Source: Octopus bimaculoides
Lineage: Eukaryota
NCBI RefSeq assembly: GCF_001194135.2
Contig: NC_068990.1
Location: 70,150,560-70,214,559 of the forward strand
Length of the DNA stretch: 64,000 bases
Direction: 5' to 3'
The position numbers and the translations under genes are program-made. Positions 1-9,939 of the stretch are shown piece after piece. The notes below the pieces were generated by a model. It worked only from the letters and a program-made list of their open reading frames with translations. It had not been told where the DNA came from and did no database searches. Positions within the stretch are counted from its first letter, which is position 1. Each line of letters starts with the position of its first letter.

Positions 1-77
1 ATGAAATACTGTGATGAATCAATGAGTGAGGTATCTAAATATTGGCAAGTTCATTTTGTCATAGGCATGGATCAAAA

Positions 78-123
<46 letters not shown>

Positions 124-140
124 TTATTTATTCATATAAC

Positions 141-437
141 CCCAGGACTTATTCTTTGTAAGCCTAGTACTTATTCTATCGGTCTCTTGCCAAATTGCTA
201 AGTTACAGGGACATAAACACACCAGCATCAGTTGTCAAGCAATATTGGAGGGACAAACACATACACACACACACACATATATATACGATGGGCTTCTTTC
301 AGTTTCCGTCTCACAGAGATTTGATAGGCCCAAGGATATAGTAGAAGACACCCACCCAAGGTGCCATGCAGTGAGACTAAACCTGGAACTATGTGGTTGG
401 TAAGCAAGCTACTTACCACACAGCCACTCCTGTGCCT
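141..437 (-). mobile_element. SINE family A copy just upstream of the CTR2 exon
   Basis: Reverse complement aligns with 5181-5520. Confidence 0.88.
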
Positions 438-563
438 ACTATATATATATGATTTTCATTGTTTGCTCTGTGTGTTTAATTTCCATAACAATCGACCAAT
501 CTTTCAGTTATATTTATAAATAATTTATATATTGCTTTATTTTTTGTTTTAATTTCACAGGCA

Positions 564-1494
564 ATGGAAGTGGAAATTACATCTCCATCAGGTTTTTTCC
601 TGGATTTCTATAAACAAAGCACAATACCAACAACAGATTTCCTCAACAACACAAACAGCAGCCATCCAATTCGAGATGAAAAGCTTGTCAAAATTGAAAT
701 TGCTGTGTTGGGTACATGTTTCAGTCTGGCAATTATCAATAATCTTTGTGTTCTGTTGGTCCTTTTATGGCGCCGTAAAAAGATTCGTCGCATGCAACTG
801 TTTATATTGCACCTGAGTATTGCAGACCTCATAGTTGCTTTCTTTAACATTTTGCCACAGCTTATATGGGACATCACATTTCGATTTATGGCTGGTGATG
901 GCATGTGTCGCTTCATCAAATATGCTCAGATGTTTTCATTATACTTGTCTACATATATCTTAATCATGACAGCTGTTGACAGATATCGAGCAATTTGTCA
1001 TCCCCTCTCTAACCAAACTTGGACTCCATGCATGGTGTACTGTAAGATATTTATAGCTTATGCAATTGCTACCATTTTTAGTATTCCACAAGCAATCTTG
1101 TTTCAAATGCAAGAGGTAAATAAAGGAAGTGGCATTTATGACTGCTGGGTTCATTTTGAACCTGCTTGGGTCCTCACAGCTTATGCTTTATACATCTTTT
1201 TTGCTCTTTATCTCATCCCAATCTTGATTCTGCTCTTCACGTATGGTTCCATCTGCTATACAATATGGACAAAATATCGGCATGCCATTAAAGCTAAAAG
1301 AGATGCAAACATGCATTTGCAACGGAGAGTAAATAAGGGAGTAATCTTGAGAACACATACTGTGCGTGGTTTTTCCAAAGCAAAACTCAACTCTGTGAAA
1401 CTTACATTTGCTGTGATAGTCACATACATAATATGCTGGTCACCGTTTTTTGTCTCTCAGATCTGGTGGCTGTTTGATGAAACAGTTGTTGGAA
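564..1494 (+). CDS. CTR2: Cephalotocin receptor 2 (oxytocin/vasopressin receptor family GPCR), coding exon for TM1-TM6
   Basis: Class A GPCR motifs: TM2 LSIADLIVAFFNILPQLIWDITFRF (typical of OT/VP receptors), DRY in AVDRYRAICHPL, TM6 CWSPFFVSQIW. Acceptor tttcacag ends at 560, so the exon starts at 561 (GCA ATG). Phase-1 donor A|GTAAGT at 1494/1495; the ORF-track stop at 1502 is intronic. The sequence closely matches my recollection of Octopus vulgaris CTR2, which I recall starting MYQAMEV, implying a short upstream exon outside the window. Confidence 0.93.
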
Positions 1495-2411
1495 GTAAGT
1501 AACATTTTTCATTTTCTATTTATTTCCACTAATTCTAATCTTGCTTTATAATTCCAGTCACAGCTAAGATGCTTTGTCAGAATAACAATCAGTCCCTATG
1601 CTAAGTTATCACCTTACTTTACAGATGAAAGGAAATTGAATTGCAAAGATCCATAACTGAACAACACAAGGCATTTGGTTCAACACTCTACTAGTTATGC
1701 TAAACTTATAATTTTCCTTTTATATCAATTTAGATATTACACAACTCAGCAACAAAGAAACAACTTTCATAACCAAATACCAATTGCATTCAAATGCTTG
1801 TAGAATAGAAAGGCAGACAACCACTGCTAATCCTACAGCAACTTTGCTAAAGTTGGCACAGCTACTAATAAACTAGATTGTCAGTCAAAAAAAAGCAATT
1901 GCTACAGCTACTGACAACCACTCCTGCTGCTACAACAATGATCCAGCAACAATCAGAAGGAAATGAAATACAATACCATATGATTTTTTTGTAAGAAAAA
2001 CATGTGAACTTCCAGAACTGATATCATGAAAAATTAATTTGGCTTAATTTATTTCAATTTAATTTTTCTTTATTTCAGCACGACTAAATCCCCTTTTTAA
2101 AACAATTGAAACTGGTAGCATATTTTGATAGAGGTGTAAATACTTTCTCCCTTTTATCCATCATCAATTTCTCAAAACATTTTCATCTTTTTACTTTTAA
2201 TAAATGTGTGTGTGTGTGTTTGTGTCTCCTTGACTTGATAACGAGTGGTAGTTGTGTGTCACTGTCATAGAAGCGATGTCTTTCATTGCCACTGTTCTGC
2301 CACAAAAACATGTCTGGTTCTAAGAAAATGGTATCTTGCTTGGAAACAGTTAAGTGTTGACAACAGGAAGAGCATCTGACCAAAGAAAATCTACCTAAAA
2401 GAACAGTGATC

Positions 2412-2443
<32 letters not shown>

Positions 2444-3416
2444 AGTTATATATATATACGGTTATATTAAATATATGTAAGTATGTGTGTGTGTGTGTGT
2501 GTGTGTGCATGCATGTGTATGTGCATGTGTGTGTAATTATGTTATCATCATCATCATCATCATCATCATCATTTAGCATCCATGTTCTACACAGTCATAG
2601 TTTGGGTAGTTTGATAGGATCGGTAGGATCCAAAAGTCCAAAATCTGTATCGTGTTCCAATGTCAGCCTTACCACAGCTTCTACAGCTGCATGTGTTTCT
2701 TAATGCCTACAACTTACAACATGTACTATGTGTTATATTAAATGTGTGTGGAGAAAGGGATGGATGGGTGGGCATGTGGGTAGGTGTGTGCTTATAGCCA
2801 TGAGTGTGTGTGTGTGTAATAGGATAATATAGGTCATGGGTCAGTGGTTAGAGTGTCGGGCTCACAAACATAAAGTAGTGAGTTTGATCCCCAGACCAGG
2901 CTATGCGTTGTGATCTTGAGCAAGACACTTTATTTCATGTTGCTCCAGTTCACTTAGCTGTAGAAATGAGTTGTGATGTCACTGGTGCCAAGCTGTATCA
3001 GTCTTTACTGGGCAATAAACTGCACTTGTGAAGACCTGTTGAGGCAAGTGAAACTGTTGTCATGATCGATGACAGCACTGCTTAATTGGCACCCGTGCTA
3101 GTGGCACGTTAAAAGCGCCATTCAAGCATGATCATTGCCAGTGCCACCTGACTGACTCCTGTACCGGTGGCACGTAAAAAGCACCATTCGAGCGTGGTCA
3201 ATGCCAGTACCGCCTGACTGACCTTCGTGCTGGTGACACATAAAAAGCACCCACTACACTTTTGGAGTCGTTGGCATTAAGAAGGGCATCCAGCTGTAGA
3301 AACTTAGCCAGATCAGATTGGAGCCTTGTTCAGCTTTCTGGCTTGCCAGCCCCCAGTCAAACCGTCCAACCCATGCCAGCATGGAAAGCGGACGTTAAAC
3401 GATGGCGAAGATGAGG

Positions 3417-3461
<45 letters not shown>

Positions 3462-3958
3462 AAATGAGATAACTAAGCAATAAATGATCTTATGCACTTC
3501 ATTAGCTTACAACTGTTTCTGATATATGATGCAATAGACTCATAGCTGTGTGCCACAATATTACCTTATAGCTTTATTCCTTTGTCATCTCATTTTCTTA
3601 TTACCATTCTGTACTCAACTAATGCTTGTTTCTGAAGCATATATACAGTGAGTTATACACCAGATTATTAGTCTTGCTGTGGCAACACATGAAACTCTTG
3701 GACCTTAAGTCACTCTGTTACTTCTGCTAAATATTATTAAAAATATATATATATATGTTTATATAATTTTTTATTCTTTTACTTGGGTTTTAGTCAATCG
3801 AATCAGCCCCAGGACTTATGTTTTTTAAAGCCTAGTATTTATTCTATTGATCACTTTTTGCCAAACTGCTGAGAATTTTAATTTTTAAATTATTCAATTA
3901 TTCCAATTTTGATTTTGATATTTCTTTTTTTCTTCTTCCATATTTCCAACATTTTTAG

Positions 3959-4293
3959 ATGCTGGTGTCGTAGTAATTCTACTTATGGCATGTCTGAACA
4001 GCTGCACTAATCCATGGATTTACCTGATTTTCAATAGAAATTACATTTCCAATGTCTTGCGATGCAAAAAATGGCACCGCCACAGAGTGAAAGCAGCTGC
4101 TACTACTGAGACAGAACGGCTGTCACTAGCCAGTGTCAGTAGAGATTCTAGAAGGACCTCTGATTCTAAAAGGATCTCTGAATCTAGAAGGATTTCTGAT
4201 GCTAGAAAGATCTCTAACAGTACTCAAAAAAACAATAGTTCTTCTCCGCGAAAGACATCAGACCAATTCACTTATTCAGATAAAACCACGTAA
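3959..4293 (+). CDS. CTR2: CTR2 second coding exon: TM7 and C-terminal tail
   Basis: Polypyrimidine tract and acceptor ttttag|AT at 3958/3959. A phase-1 join gives VVG-N-AGVVVILLMACLNSCTNPWIY (NPxxY). Spliced CDS is 931+335=1266 nt = 421 aa plus stop. Confidence 0.93.
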
Positions 4294-4434
4294 GTAAATA
4301 CATCTTTTCTCTCCAGAGCTGTAGTATATGTCTATATACAACCAACAGTCTGCTAAATTCACAAACACACCCAGCTATTCTTTATTAAATAGGTATAGTT
4401 TGTTGTTGTTGCTGCTGGTGTTGTTGTTGTTGTT

Positions 4435-4647
4435 NNNNNNNNNNNNNNNNNNNNNNNNNNNNNNNNNNNNNNNNNNNNNNNNNNNNNNNNNNNNNNNNNN
4501 NNNNNNNNNNNNNNNNNNNNNNNNNNNNNNNNNNNNNNNNNNNNNNNNNNNNNNNNNNNNNNNNNNNNNNNNNNNNNNNNNNNNNNNNNNNNNNNNNNNN
4601 NNNNNNNNNNNNNNNNNNNNNNNNNNNNNNNNNNNNNNNNNNNNNNN
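4435..4647. other. Assembly gap (others: 11737-12507, 14765-14892, 37770-38064)
   Basis: Runs of N. Confidence 1.
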
Positions 4648-4856
4648 TCGTCGTCGTCGTATTCAGATCTTATCAAAGACATTCCACCTGTGACCATCTC
4701 TTCTTTTGTATATCATCAACTCTCATTATTATTCATTGTGTTGTTGTTTTTTAAATTGTAGTGTGTAACTGGAGAGGAACTTCCTGGCTTTTTCTACCAG
4801 GATGAATGACTGCACAGAGCTGTACTTCTCATAAAGGGTCACCTAGATAACTTTAA

Positions 4857-5080
4857 CACTTTCCTTACCATATTTCTGTTGAAATACACAGTCTTTATTT
4901 CAATTAATTATATAAAATAATGAAGAATTTAGTAAAAATAACTTTGTTTTTATTAAGCTGGTGTTTCAAACATAAATCAACAAAGAATTTTAATGGAAAG
5001 TTTTAATTTGGATCAAATTAAAGCATGAATTTTGTATCATAGAACCAGTAGTGGCCTCAGGTGGGATGAAATCAAAAGTG
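4857..5080. mobile_element. Diverged MITE copy with CACTTT/AAAGTG ends
   Basis: Internal homology to 46549-46755 and 9080-9289. Confidence 0.6.
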
Positions 5081-5180
5081 TTTATCTTGTAGCATTTAAA
5101 CTAGCCATGTTTGGCCCAAATTTTCTACTGGTTTTATGTTCAAACAGGTCTGATCCAACCTTTCACACCTACTCTACAAT

Positions 5181-5606
5181 GCAGGTACAGGCTTGGCTGT
5201 GTGGTAAGAAGCTTGCTTCCCAACCACATGGTTCTGGGTTCAGTCCCACTGTGTGGTACCTTTGGCAAGTGTCTTCTACTATAGCCTCGGACCGACCAAA
5301 GCCTTATGAGTGGATTTGGTAGACTGAAACTGAAAGAAGCCCATCATTTATATATATATATATGTATATATGTGTGTGTGAGTCTTTGTGTCTGTGTTTG
5401 TCCCCTCATCACTCCTTGACAACCGGTGCTGGTGTGTTTACGTCCCTGTAATTTAGCGGTTCAACAAAAAAGACTGATAGAATAAGTACTAGGCTTAAAA
5501 AATAAGTCCTGGGGTCAATTTGTTCAACTAAAACCCCTCAGGGTGGTGCTCCAGCATGGTTACATTCAAATGACTGAAACAAGTAAATGAATAAAAAAAT
5601 AAAAAG
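5181..5606 (+). mobile_element. Octopus SINE family A, near full length (tRNA-like head ggctgtgtggtaag, internal microsatellite, aagtaaa tail)
   Basis: Many homologous copies in the window: 141-437(-), 3780-3870(-), 12576-12729(-), 24761-24990(-), 41488-41797(-), 45367-45513(+), 51711-52006(-), 55226-55373(-), 63338-63598(-). Confidence 0.9.
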
Positions 5607-6404
5607 ATATCATTCAAATCTCAAAGCTACGAGGTAATGTATGATTAATTAAAAACAATATGAATGAGAAAGCATTAGATGTGTTACTAATATATATTGT
5701 TTAACAAACCCACTGGCCAATCGAAACACCAGTACCTGTTCAGACGCTGGTTTTCTAAATATCGCTAGTGGGGAGATGAGATGCTGTTATCTCTAGCAGT
5801 TCACCATCCATCACTGATGAGACCAAGGTAGGTTGAAAACACATGATTTAGTGATCTCAGTGCTGGAGTTGGTGGGAATTCATCTCCCTACTAGCAATAT
5901 AAACAAGCTTGCATTTTGCACCAAAAGCTAATATGAGAGTTTCTCTCATGGCATCTACCACAGTATAGTTTATTCTAACAGATCATTCACGTTTAAGTGT
6001 AAATAAATATTACCTCTCAGCATAAATACTGCTTCTGTCATTAATATTTGTTTTATAGAGTAATCTGAACGCTAAAGTGTAAAAGAAACATCCTGAAAAA
6101 ATGGACAAATATTATAAGGAATAGGGTGGAATTAAATTCAACATTTCATCATCTGTAATGCAGCAGAATTAATATTAGTTGCAAAGATTAAGACAGCAAG
6201 CTGGCAGAATTGTTAGCACACTGTGGAAAATGCTTTGTGACATTTCATCTGTTTTTACATTCTGAGTTCAAATTTCACTGAGCTCATCTTGGCCTTTCAT
6301 GGGGTTGATGAAATACGTACCAGTTGAGCACTAGGATTAATGTAATTGACTTATTCCTTTCCAAAAATTTCAGGCCCTGTACCTAAAGCAAAAGAAGGCT
6401 CTTA

Positions 6405-6720
6405 GCTTAGTGGTTAGGGTATTCAGCTCATGATCATAAAGTCATGGTTTCAATTCCCTGCAACATGTTGTGTCCTTGAGCAAGACAATTTATTTTACAT
6501 TGTTTCAGTCCACTCAGCTGGAAAAAAATGAGTTGTACCTGTAATGCAAAGGGGCAGATTTGTCACATTCTGTATCACACTGAATCTCCCTGAGATTTAT
6601 GTTAAGGGTACACGCTTCTGTGGAGTGCTCAGTCACTAGCACATTAATTTCACGGGTAGGCTGTTCTATTGATCAGATCAACTGGAACCCTTGTTGTCAT
6701 AATTGATGGTGTGCCAGTAG
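6405..6720 (+). mobile_element. SINE family C (tRNA-like head gtggttagggt...ggttcaattcc, central cttgagcaagaca...cagctg domain)
   Basis: Related copies at 2838-3005(+), 27030-27170(+) and 30012-30222(-). A named SINE superfamily cannot be assigned without a search. Confidence 0.7.
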
Positions 6721-7556
6721 AGGTATCTATAGCAAAAAGGAATGTAATTGTAAAATTTTCTAACATTGGCACAAGGACCCAAAGTTAATAATTAGCATGC
6801 AGTTGATCTACTTCACCCCAGCAAATGATTATTTTATCATTCCTTGACGAAGGTATGTTAAAGTCTTCTTTAACAGAATTTGAACTCAAAATGTAAAGGA
6901 AAAGAATCCAAGAAATCAGGGAAACATTGAAGGTAGTAAAAGGTAAATCTTAGTTTATAAGATCCATTGTTTATTCACTGAAGACATTATTTCAACATAA
7001 GCAGAAGACCTTTGGGAAAGGGGTATAACTACTTACACTGGCACCGTACACACTCAAACACACACATATATATACACACATTTATCTATACATACATATA
7101 TACATATATACATAAATACATACATACATATGTATGCACATACATACAAACATACATACATACATACATACAAACATACATACATGCATACATACATACA
7201 TACAAAAATACCCTGTTGATGTTGAAATTCCAATGAAGGAGCCTTGGATCCAGGTTAGAAACTGGTTCTTTTTCTATTGGCAAGAAATCTTGAAATAAAA
7301 CTGAATAATGACTGGTACTTTATTTTAGTGATTCTAGAAAGATAATCAGCAAAGTAGGCTTCAGAGGGAATTGAACTGAAAACAAATTTAGTCTGATGTT
7401 CTACCAATTCTACAAATCTAATATCAGGATTATAGAAGATTGTCACAGATTAATATGAGCTATTTTAATATTTCATAACTGCATTAATATTATGATTAAA
7501 ATATTTCTTAATGATCTATTATGAATTTTATTTTATACTTTTATTTTTTATTCCAG

Positions 7557-7643
7557 AATGTTATGATGAAATGGGTGTCATTGTTGAGAAGCTGAAGATG
7601 GAATTATTTGAAATTATGATTCCTGCAACCACTGATAATAAAC
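7557..7643 (+). other. Candidate exon: alternative CTR2 last exon (adds TML-stop) or orphan 87-nt phase-1/1 coding exon
   Basis: Strong U-rich acceptor ttttatacttttattttttattccag| at 7556; weak donor AAC|GTATTA at 7644; higher GC than its flanks. No transcript evidence available. Confidence 0.3.
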
Positions 7644-7691
7644 GTATTAGTTTTTTATTGTGCGTGTGTGTATGTGTGTGTGTGTGTGTGT

Positions 7692-7729
<38 letters not shown>

Positions 7730-9685
7730 TTATATATGAAGTCATAGGAGTACCTGAATGTGCCCTGGTGATAAATGTGTGTAAAGTTTGATGTATATAT
7801 ATATACCTTCCAACTAAGATTATTGCCTAAACCTTATTTTTTTTATGTGTGTGTATGTGTATTATTCATGTGCACACACAAACACACACACACACACATG
7901 CACATGCACACACATATATATACACATGTATACATGTATGTATAATTGAGAACAAACCGGTAATCGTTTTGGGGTAATCTTATACTACTTATGTATGTAT
8001 GTATGCATGTATGTATGTATGTATGTATGTATGTATGCATGTATATATATATATGTACATATGTATGTATATACATATGTATGCATGTACATACATAAAA
8101 TCTGGAATAAAGCTGTGCAGTTTCATTTGTCTCTATATACTTTTTTCTTTATGTATATATATATTTTAACAAACAACAGAAAAAAAGGGATATGATATCA
8201 TAACATAATGTAGAAGTTTACTTATTCAGTCTATGTATGTGTGTGAACATGTGCATGAATGTGTGTGAACACGTACATGTATGTGTGTGAATGTGTGTGC
8301 ATGTGCGTGTGTGTGTTTGTGAGTTTGTGTTTATCTGTGAGATGATAAATTTTATAAAGACTAAACCCAACTAAACTGAATGTAAACCCAGCCGAGTATT
8401 TGATATATCACTGAAAAAATATTTTCAGATTATGATAAACTAAAACTATAATAAATGGGAAAAAAAAAAGAAGGAAGAATTATCAATAATTTTTTATCAT
8501 TATGATTTAATTATAATTTTTTAAAAATAAATATTACTGTTTAATAATGAAGGCTTCTTTGTGTATTAGAAAATAATTTAATTGTTACAGTAATAGGTAA
8601 GTAGTTCATGCAATACAATTAATGGAAACATTCAGATAGAATAACATATATGTACAGAATGTCTTTGTTAGAAACTCAACATTTGAGCTAATTTTTACTT
8701 ATCAAATACATATTCAGGTGCCATGGTGTGTCTTCTTCTGTAATCATTTCAGGTTGAATATGCAGGTGTGAAAAAAAGCTACTAGGGGAGTGTATACCAA
8801 CTCAACTCAAGACAGTCTGAATTTTTGGTACTTGATTTGGCTGTATTTGTAGGCCTTGCTCACAGAAAATTCTAGTCAGACCACCAAATTATCGCGTGAA
8901 CAGTTGCTGTTCATTGGATAAAATCTCAGTTGTACACATGATTGAAGTGTGATTTCTATGTGGCAAAATACAGGATTGAATCCAATGCTATATATAGTTG
9001 TTTCTTGGAGAAATGGTTGAGCACTGGTTTAGATATCCATCAATATTAACAGTTTTAATTACCAAGATTGATTTTCTCTTCAACCTGTTTGTTGTCGTAT
9101 TTTTGTTGAAATATATTGTATTTGTTTCAATTAATTTTGAAAATAATTAAGAATTTATTAAAATAATTTTGTCATTATTAAACCTGTATTTGGAACATAA
9201 ATTTTAATGGAAAGTTTCAATTTAAATCACTTTAAAACAGGACGTTTGTATCATAGAACTAAGGGCGATTTCAAGTTCAAAATAGTTAAGCGTCCTGGTG
9301 AGATAATAAATATGTGATAGGGTATCTTCTAGGGACAATTCAAAATACAGGAACCATCTGTGGAACTGACGATATTGTTTCAAGCAAATTCGTATCATCT
9401 CTTCTTCAAGACAGACAGCTCCCTATTAATCTTTACTTCTTAAGGAAAAAGAAAATTAATTTTCCGAATGATTTAACCAGAACAAATTTTATATTCTTGG
9501 TACAATTTAATCAAGACATTTTTTATTTTTGATTCTAATATATCAACGATATTTAACTAATTCATGCGAAAGAAGAACAAGGGAAATAACTAGTTAAGAC
9601 ATTTGAATTACTTCCCTTACATGAATGCATTTTTTGATAATTTCCTTGCATCAATATATATTTTAAAATAATAAAATATTTATAC

Positions 9686-9939
9686 TGTTGTGCCTGGGGA
9701 GAGTCATTTTCTTATTGTGCCTTTAAATTTAACACACTCACAGTTAAAATTTCCACTTATTTCTTATTTTTATTTTCCTAAAATTTTCGTTGCGTCGTGC
9801 AACCTTTTCAATAGTCTTGACTCTGTCCGTTATTTACGCTACGTTCTGTTTTTGCTTTTGTTTGTTTTTGCGAAATTTTACCGGTGAGTGTGTTAAATTT
9901 TAAGGCACAATAAGAAAATGACTCTCCCCAGACACAACA
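9686..9939. repeat. 56-bp inverted repeat (54/56 identity) with a 142-bp spacer
   Basis: Arms 9686-9741 and 9884-9939. A collinear copy of the same element lies at 19432-19615. Confidence 0.9.

Noticed and set aside
5190-5270. tRNA-like heads as tRNA genes
   Set aside because: They are SINE heads with degraded A/B boxes and attached SINE bodies; no complete cloverleaf.
7329-7375. Acceptor followed by DSRKIIS, resembling the CTR2 tail repeat
   Set aside because: Aligns to a decayed minus-strand family B SINE; the similarity is coincidental.
7012-8195. ORFs such as HTYIHTY, VCMYVCM and CVCVCV (also 11102-11447, 19784-20495, 54201-54494)
   Set aside because: Translations of microsatellites.
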